From positions 273,909 through 337,908 of the forward strand of contig JAKMXF010000304.1 in NCBI GenBank assembly GCA_024704765.1: a stretch of 64,000 nucleotides of DNA. The letters run 5' to 3'. Within the stretch, counting starts at the first letter, position 1, and each line of letters opens with the position of its first letter. Below, in pieces: positions 39,010 through 52,241 of this stretch. The stretch comes from Oopsacas minuta (Eukaryota; Animalia; Porifera). The notes beneath the pieces were generated by a model that saw only the letters and a program-made list of their open reading frames with translations, had not been told where the DNA came from and ran no database searches. The position numbers and the translations under genes were made by a program.

Positions 39010-40702
39010 TTAAAGAACATCTAAAAATCGTCTCTTATTTTATTTTCTGTTATGGGATATCAGAGGGCAATCTCGCTAGAGGCTCCAACAGTAATCTGCT
39101 ATCATGTAGGTATCCCACCTGCCTTGATATCACTCTTCACTCTTCAATGACCCTGATATCTTGATGAAACCTTTCCCCCTGTTCCCCACTCAAATCCCTA
39201 GGTTTTCAGGGAAACGATTCAGGTGGCTAAATTGATAGTGAACTTTGATGCTCATGTTCACATCCAATTTTTTAAATTTGTAAAGCATGTCGTTAACCAA
39301 ATCTATGTAGTTGTTAGCTAAATTATTACCCAAGAAGTCATGGACTATCAAAACAAATGCACACCACGCAGAAGATTCTAAATTGGTCATGGATTGGACG
39401 AAACCAGTGTTTCTTATGAGACTGCGAATCTGAGGACCAGCAAAGATCCCTGCTTTCAGTTTTTCATTGCTCATTCCTGGGAATGATCTGCCAATGTACT
39501 TGAAACAGGGCCGTCTTTATCTAGAGATTTCACGAACTGCTTCATTAAACCCGACTTGATGTGGAGGGGTGGGAGAATGATTTTGTCTCTGGGAACAAAT
39601 GGTTCAAACAGAATGTTTGCTTCTCCAACTGTTAGATCAGTTCTCAAGGGCCACACTGTATTTACCCAATGATCTTTGTGGGCTCTACTGCCCCATAAAC
39701 ATATAAAACAAGGGTACTTAGTGTATCTACCTTGTTGGCCAAGTAAAAAGTTTACCATCTTGAGATCAACACATATCAACCACTGGTGTTTATGATGTTT
39801 CAATTTTTGCAGTACCATCAGAATATTTTCATACTCTTCCTTAAGCTTGGTTGAATGTCTAATTGGAACAGATGCATTTTTAGTTCCATTATGCATTAAA
39901 ACATATTTCAAGCTTCTCTTGGAACTATCAATGAATAGATGCCAATCTTCTGGTCTATATTGTGATAGTCACATTTCTAGGAGAAGTCCTCCAATATCAT
40001 TGCAGAAGACGAGGCCTTCTTGTTGGCTAAAGTAATGAAGTAATCCTTCTTCTCTATGACGATAATATGTTATCTTAGTTCCAGGACTAAGAATATTCTT
40101 CTCGTTGAGTTTGGATACCAAAATTTCTGAACACGCTTTAGACAGGTTGAGGTCCCTAATTAGATCATTGAGCTCTTCCTGATTGAATTGACCCGATAAT
40201 GAAGAGCTACCTCAAATTCACTTTCACTGAAATGACATATGTCCAAATCTTCATCTATCCTATCACAATCTATTGAGAGGTCTGGCAAGGGACTAAATTT
40301 TGGCAGAGAAACCTCCTCAAAGTGAAGTACAGGACGCCTGGCAGAGTCCAGGTCAGGGTAACTCCACATCCTTTTCTTATGTCGATTAAATCCTTTCATA
40401 TCGACCATACAAAAAACGCAATTATCATAATGATTCCTCTGTTCTCTCCATAGCATAGGCACGCCAAACTTAAAGCTCTTCCTCTTGCCATTAGTCCACA
40501 GCATTAGATATTCATCACAAGTTTTACACTCAATATGCAGAGCCATGGCTTGTCTTGGTTTCCAAGCTTCACTTCAAAGTAAGCAAAGTATGCCTTTAGT
40601 ACAAAGTCTGAATACCTCTTCTCTATCTTTCAACGTATATTCACCACATATGCAACAGAACGTATTATGACCATTAGAACATTTTCTTCTTGACAATACC
40701 AT
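39010..40702 (-). pseudogene. Chapaev (Chapaev3-type) transposase pseudogene
   Basis: MVLSRRKCSN...FCCICGEYT, CKTC...FGVPMLWRE..NHYDNCVFC, LFIDSSKRSLK, ICVDLKMVNFLLGQQG..TKYPCFIC, PPLHIKSG, KLKAGIFAGPQIR, SIKVHY..SHL and EQGERFHQDI...DYCWSL. TIRs not located. Confidence 0.85.
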
Positions 40703-41220
40703 AGAGTTAGAATATGCTAGATACTTATCATTATAAAAGTATTGATAAAATTGAATATACATTTGAAAAAGGTAACTAATAATATAAACATAAATGTGGA
40801 CCAAATCAAGAGTCTAGCAAAGCCGATGTATTTTCGAACTCAGGACAGCAAATATAGTCAAATTCAATCTAAAATCTTAGGCAACAGAAACAAAAATATT
40901 TTTTATTGGCCTGTATATAATTACAAAACATGTATTTCCCCGATTATTCAACCTTTAATAATGGAAGAAGATTGTTCTAAAAAGCAATAGGGGGAATTCA
41001 ATACGCTGATTCCGAATTTGACACTCTTGAATTTGCACCGATCAAATCTTCCGCAGTATTCCCTTATATCAATATTATTTAGGCAACTGATAATAATTGC
41101 GAACAATTGAACATTTCATGGACTGGATAATCATATTAATTTGTAAATATATTATATGATGGATGTAAAAATCTGAACAGAGCGAGGAAAAAATATGAAA
41201 TGACAACCTGTACCGACTGC

Positions 41221-41356
41221 TTAGTCGATTAAATTCAATTTATTTGAAAAGTGGTACTATTAATTGGAGGCACCATGAGCATTGAAATTACACCTAACCT
41301 TCCATAGTGCCTCAATTAATAGTGCCACTTTAAACAAATTGAATTTAACAGACTAA
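41221..41356. repeat. Imperfect palindrome / fold-back MITE
   Basis: Arm 41221-41277 is the reverse complement of 41303-41356 with a few mismatches. Confidence 0.8.
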
Positions 41357-41399
41357 TCTGCCAGCACATGTTGTAATTATATATTTCTCATACGTAAAT

Positions 41400-41990
41400 C
41401 TATTGTTGTTTTTATGAATTAAAATAAACAAATTAGCTAAACTTCAAAAAATACTTACAGGCTTGCTCTAAACGGCTAGCCAAGGGCAACTAAGTGCACT
41501 GAATCCAAATTTCTCAATTTCAAGTTTATCGTAAGTCAGGTACAGTTGATTTATGAATATGAAGTAAAATTATGCAAATCTTAAAATATTTGTACAGGAA
41601 TACTCTAAACGGCTACCAGGGGTAACTAAGTACGCTGAATCCGAATTTCGCATTTTCAAGTTGCTCATACGTAAATATACTGTTGATTTATAAATATAAT
41701 GTAAACAAATTAGTCGAATTTCAAAGTATATATACAGGTTTGATCTCTACGGCTACGTAATGATAAGAGGGTTTTATAGATGATGTGAGGGTGACAGAAT
41801 GCCCCCCCCCCCCGGTGCTTTGGTCATGTTATACACTTTAGCTCCAAACTATGCCTCCTCTAATCCATAGAACATTAATCAGCCCCCGCTGAAAATTCTC
41901 AAAAATCTAGTGGGGTAACACAATATACTGAACCAGAATTTCGGGCTTTTAAGTTTCTAATATGTAAATTCTTTGTTGATTTTATGAAAA
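41400..41990 (+). repeat. Degenerate tandem array of an approximately 138-bp unit
   Basis: TACAGG...GGGTAACTAAGTACGCTGAATCCGAATTTCGCATTT(T)CAAG recurs near 41457, 41593 and partly 41733 and 41910. Dispersed copies at about 38420-38490, 40990-41030 and (inverted) 6160-6200. Confidence 0.75.
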
Positions 41991-42711
41991 GCATTATATG
42001 ATGCGGGAAATCGCATGGGCAAATATTAACGTGAAACTTTGTAAATATGCAACGCTTTCAGATTAAATTATAGTCATTTGTAAAATTAATCATCACTTGT
42101 TAACTAGATATTGATTTTGCCAGTCATGGCATAATATATGCACGAGTAGCTAAGCAAGGAATTGTCAAAATAATTCCAGGCCATTGATTATATTTTGTTT
42201 GATCTTGAAGAATTACAGTTATCATTACAAATTCAACTGTAAATAGGTTCCTACATACTGCGGAAACACTTAGAATATTTTTGAGAATGGTTTCTCAGTC
42301 CATTTAATTACAATGACACAGCAAAAAATATCATCCATATATGGCAATACACTAATTCTAGATGCATTTGGCTCAATTTTTCCTGAAATTAGTAAGAAAT
42401 ATTGTTTCTATTAACTCCCTACTAAATAGTAGCTACTAAATACTCATCAAAATAGATTTATGATCATATAACATCGTCTTGACTTAGCTTTATAATTGTT
42501 CATATCGAACCATAAATTAAATAATTTGATGAATGTTTAAGATAGATAAAATTCTTTCACAATCATAAAACATTTCCAAATCCTTATTTTAAGTTTTCCT
42601 ACCCCTACAACCCCATAACTAATCTAGTTAAATGTTCTCACAACTTATATGATAAATTTAGGGTTAAAATTCCTATTTAGCATTCAATTCTCATTAGAAA
42701 TCACATTATTG

Positions 42712-44140
42712 ATGCCTAATAAGAATTCTGTTGTTGGTTGCAACTCTGGCTATAAGAATGGACCTAATAACCCATGCTACAAGTTTCCTCAGGACAAAGT
42801 ACTGTCTGGTAAATGGTTACGTTTTCTCAACAGACTTGCAGGCTTTGAAATAACTGAAATACATTCATTTGCTCACTTCATATTGATGATAAATTCTTGA
42901 AAATTGTCCCCATAATTTTACAAGATTGAATTACAACATCAAACAAATTCCTACTATCCATCCACCTTAAACTCCCCTTAGTCAGGCTATTATCCCTACT
43001 ACTTCACTTCTACTTCCGAAAGTCCGCATCTCACAACAAGATCAAATGTCTATCTACAAGGAAAAGTACCGAATTCACAACTTTCAGGATGTTGTTGATT
43101 TCCTCGAAAAATCTCCAAAGTTTGACAGTTTTAAACTACACATAGAAAACAGCTTCGTAACTGCTTACCATTTTGTTATTACCTCGGGCTTGCTAGTGTG
43201 AAGGAATGTATTACTATCTACAAGGGTTTCTAAGTTAAATTAAGTTTTGAGAATTCACAGATTTCTCTTCGTACTCTTATCCAAAATTCTACTGACCACA
43301 AGCTAACACATTTAGATGCTCTTGATAATTTACCAAGTTATTGTTCAAATTTTAACTCTAAGTATGATGTCGATGTTATAAAGGAGCAAATTCAACTTTG
43401 TTATTTCAATCCTCGCTGGAGACATAGGTACTCATCACCGGTTCTGCGTTTCTCTCTACATCTCAATCGCAAGTTCAATTTGTGAGCATACATTGATTGG
43501 TTGTAATCTTGATTTGGATATGTGCACAATCATTTTATGCTTTATGGTAGTATCACTCATGAAGTCGATCCCATTTGTGATCTCAGCAGTACCTCTAGTT
43601 AAAAACACTGGTGATATTGTTAATCGGAATCTGGATAAATGTTTGTTATTAGTCACACAATCTCGGTTCAGAATTGGAGCAATAGTTTCAGATAACCACC
43701 TAAAAAACATGAATTCATACACTCGTCTCGTAACGAATTACAAAACTCAGGACAAAGATTATAAGATCATTAACCCTTACCTTCCTGATGAGCGTATTTA
43801 TCTTCTCTTTGATAGCTGCCACCGATCAAAACATAAGGCCTGTACTTCATTAAACCACAATGCATTGAGTGCAATTTGTTTGCCTGGTGTTTCGGAGAAA
43901 GAAATTAGAAGTTCAAGATATCCTTGGAAATCTCTAGCACAGATACAACTCAGTATAACTACAGTTGAATGGGATTCAAGCTTTGCTTGTGTAGATCACT
44001 CAGAAAATTCAAAATAATTAGTTTACACCGTGTTTCCAACATCCACTTTAATAACTCAAGGAAAAAGGTCTTGTGGAACTCGGGGTAAGGACCAAGTTAC
44101 TGCTTTCAAGTCGAACAAACGAAGTAAATGTCAAACTTAA
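42712..44140 (+). pseudogene. THAP-domain P-element/THAP9-type transposase pseudogene
   Basis: THAP N-terminus MPNKNSVVGCNSGY...FPQDKVLSGKWLRFLNR...(IC)SLH, followed by ILCFMVVSLMKSIPFVISAVPL, AIVSDNHLKN and IYLLFDSCH. Confidence 0.82.
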
Positions 44141-44639
44141 GTGTGTTACAACGGTACATTATATATTTAGTATAGTCAGTTTATTTCTTTTAATGCATCT
44201 CTCCTCATATCTATAAACGATGCTTCTACTCACACCTATGGTTGTTCTTAGTACTAATGTTGTATAAATATATTACCAAATACGTATATTAATGTTAGTT
44301 TTGGCATGTCATTGTGGATAAATTTACTGAGAACGCATTCTCCAAAAGATTCTTGGTGTTTCCGCCTCATGTGGAAACCTATTTACATTTGAATTTGTAA
44401 TGACAACTGCAATTCTTTACGTTCAAACAGAACATAATCAATGGCTTGGAAAGTATTTTGGCAATTCTCTGCTTAGCTACCCTTGTATATAGTAAGCCAT
44501 GAGCCAGTCCTTTTACTACCTATCGCCAAAAATAATGTTTAAGTGTGTGGAACCCACACATAACTTCTTTTCCAAGAGACTTCGTGTGGATACATGCTCA
44601 AGCGATGCGATCAATGATGTTCAGATTGCTATAGTTGAT

Positions 44640-45580
44640 GGAGGAGTGTGCCCAATGACATATCCAAACCAGCTAGAGAAGGACTCACTCAAGTGGAGCT
44701 GCTTAAATACCCAGTAGACACGGACGAGCGTAGGTTTCTCAAAGAATGGTTTAAGGATTCGGGGTAGCTTGAGTATTCTCAAACACGTGACTCTGTGTTC
44801 TGTTATGCTGGCAGACATATTGGCCTGGTTGGCAATTTGAGATCAGCGTGGTGTACGACGGGTTAAGTAATTGGAAGAATGCCGTTGAAGTTTTCTGAGC
44901 ACAACTGTTCGGAGAATCATAAGCTAACAGTCTTGCGCTGGATGCAGTGGAAACTGGAAGACATGATGAATGTACAGCTGAGTTGAGTGGCCAGAACGGT
45001 CACTCACCATAGCTGTGACATTTTTCATGTCGTCCACGACTGCTCCGATGTAGTGAGCGTTCTACTATATATGTGAAGGTTCACATAAAATAGGTGAACC
45101 GTGACTACATCAGGGCAGTTGTGGACGTCGTTTTCGTTATGCTGTAAGCAGGCTATTGCTCTTCGAGATCATCGTGAGTCGCACTAAAGCCATTTATGTA
45201 CATTGTTTTGCCATAGCATGAACATAGTCATCGTCGAGGTTGTGCACGATACAGCCAGGACGGAAGACCTCTTCACACTGCTGCAGTTGTTGCACTTCCT
45301 CTCCCGGCAGATTGTACACGAACTGTACGACAAGGATCAGAGTTCCCCCTTTCCTGAATCCCAACCTCGCGAGATACCCTCTCTTTCCGATACGCCTTGA
45401 GTGTGTCGCCATGATGGCTGTGAGACTCTCTCGGCCACTCTTCCAGTAGTTATCGATGTTCTAGAGGATCTCATTGAAATTTCCAAAGAACGTGGTGCTA
45501 CTGCGGCGGAGCATGATCGCACAGCTGAAACCATGTTCTTGGTCTAGTGGTGTATGTTGAAATTGTAATTGTATATTTGC
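44640..45580 (+). pseudogene. hAT (ZMYM1-like) transposase fragment with internal deletion
   Basis: TTF-type zinc finger (RRFLKEWF...LEYSQTRDSVFC...NWKNA...H), KQAIALRDH, CHSMNIV and SDT(R)WVCRH. Confidence 0.75.
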
Positions 45581-47213
45581 CATTATGGAGTTCCCCCCCT
45601 ATTATACGTCTAGGATAATATGTACACATGCACATTTATTAATGGAGTTAAGTCATTCATTGTTTACCTGCGATAAGTTTGGTTATAAAGCATTCTCCCC
45701 AAATTAATGAGTAACCAGGGCTGTCCTAGCGGTCAAGCACCAACTGGTACTGTTTTCTACAGTTGGTGCAGGAAAGTGTAAATAGTCCATAATCTAAAAT
45801 ACAAAGTACGTATATGAATTTGCAACGAAAATTATCGGTATCCAGTTAGGTGGCTCGAATGCTACCAGTATCTATCTCACTATTTGGTAAAGCTGCAAAT
45901 CATAAAAACTCGTATTCGGCACGAGCTGTTTCAAAATCTTCACTCAGTGTTATCGGTTGAATTATTCAAAAATATAAAGCACAACGTGGTTCAGAAAATC
46001 TGAGTTAGTTCTCTCGTGGCGATGAAAAATAAGAGCTTTCGTTCTTTATGAGAATTGCAGCTGTAAAGTTTAAAACTCACACAATTTTTGTATTTCGGAA
46101 ATAAAAGTGTAATCTATAGACATGGTTCATGCAGCTTCAACATTTTGGACAGCCCAAAGAAATTCTGAGCTATAATATATATTGTTAAAAAAGCGCACTT
46201 CTGGTTTTCAATTTATACCTTTGTTTAGGTGGTTGTGCCACAAACAAAGCCATATAAATCACAAGAGCCCAAATTCTACTTTCTCAGAATTTTCATCAAA
46301 TGGTATGAAATATTTATCCATATGCCATATGCCATATGCACGAGGTTCAAAGATATTACGATTTACAACTTTAGCTATATTTTCAAAGTTTCCAAATTCA
46401 CTAGAGGCTATTATTATTTCGTTTTCAGCTGATCGCTGGAAGTTTGAGCCTCTGTTCCATTGAGTATTTGAATTCTGAGTCTGATGGAAATTGAGTATGT
46501 CTTACCTAATTACATTTAGCCCCATGCATAATCGCCCGTTTTTGTTTTGTGCCCCAGAGGTTGAAATGTAGACACATTTGCTTACGTAATACCAAATGTA
46601 GGAAACGTTCACGAATAATATGATCAAATGTGAGGATAATTTAACTTCTAGATGAAATAAATAATGGGCGACTATTCAAGGGATTAGCTATATAAACATA
46701 TTCAACTATCAGAACCCCTAATCCAATGAACCAGTCTCAAACCTGCAGCGATAATGATGTAAAATAATACTACGGTCCAATAGGAGTTTGATAATTTAGA
46801 CGTACAGGACTTTCAAAATATGGTCCCAATCAATGAGTCACTTTGAACCACGGCATAGGGTGAATGTACCATACACATTCGAGGAAATCCGCTAAAGTCG
46901 AATTAGGGGTAATATGGTAATATTATAGCCACTTTGTTTGCGCCGCTTGTGCATAGATATATCATGAAAACTAGAAGATCAATATAAATTTTGAAAGAGC
47001 ACAAGGTGGCTAAGAATGTCCCAAATGTAAGTTCCAGTCATTTCTGCCTTGTTCATAATCACTGAACTGGGGCCATAAACTAAATTGAGAGGAAATATTT
47101 TACCGTCTAGGTAGAAAATATCGAAAAAGGAAGTCCAAATTACATCAAATGGAAGTATTCCATGATAAAATCACCTGGACTAAAAGCACACAAACAGGTA
47201 ATAACTAACTTAC

Positions 47214-47462
47214 TTTAGAAATATCAAATGAACTGAAGTATATAACATCATTAATAATTGGCTGACAAGATTTGTTTTTATTTTGATAGACGCTTTTACC
47301 TTCTACGCGAATACTTTCAGATTCAATGAAGTGAGGCAATCCGTAAATAAGAATATCATTCTCTCCAGACTTAACATCAAAATGAACAACACGCTTACAC
47401 TCAGAACGATCAGAGTATACAACAACACGTTCAAAAGAACAATCTGATAAATTGACAGCCAT
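47214..47462 (-). CDS. DUF4140/DUF4139 (F37C4.5-like) host gene, exon 1
   Basis: ATG at 47462; RVVVYSDRSECKRVVHFDVKSGENDILIYGLPHFIESESIRVEG matches the DUF4140 N-terminus; 83 codons then donor GTAAGT (phase 0). Confidence 0.85.
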
Positions 47463-48818
47463 AACTAAACGTTGAAAATCTAAATTAAATAATGGTAACT
47501 GATTACGGCCGAAGAAATACGTTAGTAAATGAAAAAGAACAATAAATATTTAACACTTCATTAAAACCAATTCCGGACAAAACAGAGATTTTTGCACCTC
47601 TATGAAGCCAAAAATCAAACATTTCCCAGCTGTATTTGGTCAATAGAAAATGGAGAAACGAAATCACTGCTACTGTTTCCCAAAGAAATTTATAATGAAA
47701 TCTGCCGGCTGTCCGAATTTTCCCTAAATCCGAAAATTTTGAACTTTAATTCTAAAATTTTCTTAGGAAAGTAGCCAAAATTTCCTTCTTATCGAGTTAG
47801 AATTATAATAGAAATGTATTGTTAATATTTGTTAACGAAACTGAGGTTATTGATAAGTTAAGTTTTCAAACACAGGGAAAAGTACCGCCTGTATTTTTCC
47901 AGTTTTGGACAGTAGAATATTCTGTATTACATTGAACTGATTAGGGCCCAAGTTTCACATTCGGATTGAAAAGGAAATATTTACCACTTTGTTATCTCCA
48001 ATTCCCGCACCAAAAACGAGATTTCAGCAACTTTTCGACTTCATAAAATTCTACATAAAACTATTTAGATAGTATGGACACTAGAGTGGTCCAATTTTGG
48101 TGAATTTTTTCCGATTGGCCCTTTACCCATATATTCGAGGTTAGGTATGAAGAGCTCAAGGAAAAGTTTCTGCCCAAAATATTTAATCATCTTACTATTG
48201 GGGGGGGTATATTGTTGATTTATTGTTTATAGACAGACATGTGTTCACTTTTTGGGATATACAAGCCTAAAAGGAGTTAATTATGACGTCATAATGATAT
48301 AATAAAATACGCTAAATCCGAACTTTTTATCACTGCAATAGGGTTAAAATTTGTATGTAAGTGCACGATACTGTATGTCAACAAATATACTACAATTAAC
48401 GATGTTCAATAACACATACCAACCATGGATAAGCAAAATTTGATATAGTATCATCAAAAGAATTTGCGTGATCAAATGGAAGAATTATTAAAATAACAGT
48501 GACCTGTATCGTGGTATGTAATGCACCTGCCCGATACATACGCCTAGAAATAACGGAAAATGTCGAAATGCACCTAACAAATGGCATGTGTGCAATAATT
48601 CAATTGAGGCACCATAATAATCAAAAACATGTAGAAACAAATTACAATATTTTAGACAAGTAGATACTGATATTTCTAACATTCTTAACAGAACAAATTT
48701 GTGGGAGAGTTTTTTGGAATTTAAGCCACTGGTACCGAATGGCTAAAAGATGGTCGCGGAAAAATAGTCGCGAAAATTCGTCGCAAGGAAAATTTGTCGC
48801 GGGGAATATTGGTCTTTG

Positions 48819-48888
48819 GATCTAGGTAGTAGTTGACTACCTGATGGGAGCCAAAACTCCCTTCAGGTAGTCGACTACCACCTAGATC
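48819..48888. repeat. 70-bp near-perfect hairpin
   Basis: GATCTAGGTAGTAGTTGACTACCTGATGGGAG - CCAAAA - CTCCCTTCAGGTAGTCGACTACCACCTAGATC. Confidence 0.9.
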
Positions 48889-51106
48889 AGGGGTCTTCAA
48901 ACTGTGGCTCGCGATATCCGTCAATCCAATGTCCATATTTTTTAAGATTATATTGCTTTGATTTTTCTGTGTATACAGTTGCATTGTTAAATTTGCTAGA
49001 ATTGCATTTGTTTGATTTCATTTAGGCTCTATTTAGTACTGTGATATATAAAATGAAATATAATCTTAACAACACTACAGTATTATATAAATGATTTGTC
49101 TTGTATTTACCAAACTAGCGACATTCTTAATCAAAGATTTTTAAAATTTTACTGAGTTACAAGATGGCATTACATCCGTCCAAAAAGCCTAAGATATCTA
49201 GAGGAAATAGACTCTTCCATGTTGATTGGGTGCTCGAGTTTTTCTTTGTCGAGAACAGAGAGAAAAACATGTTTGAATTGCCTTGATACTGTTGCTTCCA
49301 ATAAGAGAGGAAATCTGGAGAGGCATTATAATACTAAACATGGATAAAATTTCACTAGTATTGTTGGGGAAGCTCGTCAGATTAAACTTGATCAAATGAA
49401 GAAAAGTTTGACCATGGAACAGTCAATCTTCAAGAAAGTGGATACATCTCGAAAGTCGGTAACAGCACCAAGTAATGCCATTAATAATATTATTGAAAGC
49501 CAATGAAACCATTTACAGATGGTGAATATATCAAAGAGTACCTAACTCTGTTTATGAACAATTGCTGTCCAGACAAGAAAGATCTTGCACAACAGCTGAG
49601 TCTTAGTGATACAACCGTTATGCGACGTGTAGAATCAATTTCGAATGATTTTAATGACAACTTTTGGAAAGGGCTTGGGACAATTCTTTCAGCATCGCAA
49701 TAGATGGAAGGAAAGACATTTCTGAAGTGGAAAAATTAGTCATCTGGATTAGGGGAGTTAATAATAATATCAAAATAACTGAAGAAATGTTATCACTCAG
49801 TCCTATTTAAGGAAAAGCCCGTGGGATTGATATTTTTGATGAAGTACAGAAAGTCTTATCCAAAGCTTCTTTACCGGTCACGGAACTGTCTGGGGTTGCA
49901 ACAGACGGAGCGCCGTCCATGCTTGGAATAGGAAGTGACTTTAAGGGACAGTTATCGCGGCGGTTAGTTGCTAATGGCCGTGATGGAGTGATATGGCGCC
50001 ACTTTATTATTCAGCAGGAAGTTTTATGCGCAAAACACTTGGATTGGAAAACATTATGAAACTTATTGTTGAGGCCGTGAATTTTATCCGAGCTAAGGGA
50101 ATCAACCATAGAGAATTCAAACATGTTTTAACTGAGCCAGATTCAGAGTACGGTGATGTACTCTATTTCACAGCTTTTCGGTGGCTTAGTAGAGGAGCAG
50201 TTCTTAAGAGAGTGTGGATGTTACGCGAAGAGATGTCGTGCTTTATGGATGAAAAGGGGAATAAGGTTCCTGAATTTCAAAATCCAGTTTGGCTCAGTGA
50301 TTTTGCATTTTTGGTGGATATCACAACTCATCTAAACAGTTTAAATTCTACTCTTCAAGGTAAAATGAAGCTTATTCATGAACTTTTTGGCACCATATGT
50401 GCTTTTTGAGGCGAAGCTTAGTCTATTTGAGGCGCAGCTGTCAAAAACAACTTCTCAAACTTTTCGGAGCTTCGATCTATGGAAATTCCTGACAGGAAAA
50501 GATTTGCAAGGATAGTTTCACACCTGATAGAAGAATTCAAAACTCGATTTGCTGATTTTAGAAGGGAGGACCAGAAAATTATGCTCCTCACTCAGCTTTT
50601 CTGTTTTGATGTCCAGTGTGCTTCTGATGGAATTCAGTTGGAGCTTCTTGATCTACAAGCAAACATTAATTTTAAGAAAAAGTTTAGGGAGGTAAAATTA
50701 GATGAGATATCCAAGAATCTCAGTATTTTAGACTTCTAGAAAGTCCTACCAACTGATACATATCCATTTATTCTTGAACACGCAAGGAGGATGGCAAGCT
50801 TATTTTGGGAGTACTTATACTTGTGAAGCCCTCTTCTCCAAAATGAAGTATACTAAGAATAGGCATCGGTAAAATATGACGGATGAACATCTACATGATG
50901 TATTGCGTATCGCATCAACTGAAATAGCACCTTGTATGGGTACGCTTTTACAATCCACGAAACAATTTCACACATCACAATAATGTATATAATTCATTTC
51001 ATGTTATAGTAAACGATTTCATCAAGTCTTTCGATTTTCATATTGCTCGGGATTATGATCAAAAGTTATAAAATGGCTCTCAAAGCAAAAAGTTTGAAGA
51101 CCCATG
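48888..51106 (+). mobile_element. hAT (GTF2IRD2/SPIN-like) near-full-length defective element
   Basis: TIRs CAGGGGTCTTCAAACT / AGTTTGAAGACCCATG. Broken CDS 49164-50983 with KPFTDGEYIKE, ATDGAPSM, YFTAFRWLSRGAVLKR, WLSDFAFLVDITTHLN and STYTCEALFS. Flanking 8-mers differ. Confidence 0.9.
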
Positions 51107-52241
51107 GTGTTGCACATGACCTTGCGAATGTGCAAAGTTGCGCAGTGGTTCAGTTTCGCCTCAGTCATGGTAGTGTGAAGACACGTCTTAATCCGCTTGA
51201 GGGCGGAGAAAGAACGTCCTGGGCTGCACGTAGTCGCCGGAGCCACGAGGTAGGTGCAAAGCATTGTGTGAGCATCCTTCGTCATGACAGCTAGCATATC
51301 GTTAGACGCATAGACAACTGCGAGACTTTCGACCGACAGCTTGACCATGTCCATGCGGGCGATGGCCTTCATGTTGTGCAGAGTCGTGATCTGATAGCCA
51401 AAGATGTATTTGGTGTGGTCATCCGAGAGGTCGTCCTTGTAACGTTCAAAAACGGCACTCATCGCTGCGGTCGCCCCAGGTGGGCACTACGCCTCTTCAA
51501 TTTCCTGCAGTACAGTCAATTCTTCACTGGGTCCCGCACGAGAATGAACTGCAGGGCTTTACTGTGGAACATCTCGTAGAGATTGTTATAACTCTGAAAG
51601 GTTTTAATTGACAGTATCCCGATCATCCGTCGTACGCACTGCACAGACATTTTATTACTCTGGATCTTCGTAAGCATTGGATTGGTTACGAGGTAGAGGG
51701 AATCCAACAACCGAACTATAGTAAATATGAAACTTGCGAGTTGGTTGACGAGACTGCGAGCCTTCGATTTAATAGCCGCAGGGACTGTAGTGTCATTAGT
51801 TTGATCTGCCAGCCAGTCGATAATCTCACCGTACTGCTCTAGGAATGACGAGATAGCTGGTCCGCGGATTGTCCAACGAGTAGGCATAGGTCTGAGGCCA
51901 GCAAAAATGTGTCTTTCCCTCTCCTCGTTGAAGCGGTCCATAAAGATTTTGAAAGAGGCCTTACAACGCAGAGACCACAAAATAGATCGACAGTCTGCCC
52001 CAAAGATTCTATAGCATCGATCAGCCACTCATGGGGAAAACTTGCGTCCTTGAATATCAAGTTCTGGGTTGTAACCACTACAGTAACTGAACCTGGCTGG
52101 AGGGATTCAGCCAGGATTTTCGTCTTACCCCGCCCCGGGCGACTCGCATATTCGATGCGCGCCATCATACCCCTGAGCCCTACAGTTCTCCATAGACAAC
52201 CTGTGAGAAGCCACAAGATTCTTGAGTGTAGTGGGTATAGT
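51107..52241 (-). pseudogene. hAT element A (ZMYM1-like), 3' part of transposase
   Basis: CRAQGYDG, PTRWTIRG, APATTCSPGRSFSALKRIKT...LNHCATLHI. Cut at 51107 by the SPIN-like element; continues at 55234 beyond element B. Confidence 0.8.

Noticed and set aside
38869-41311. CACTATG/CATAGTG as Chapaev TIRs
   Set aside because: Only 7 bp match, and the right copy belongs to the separate 41221-41356 palindrome.
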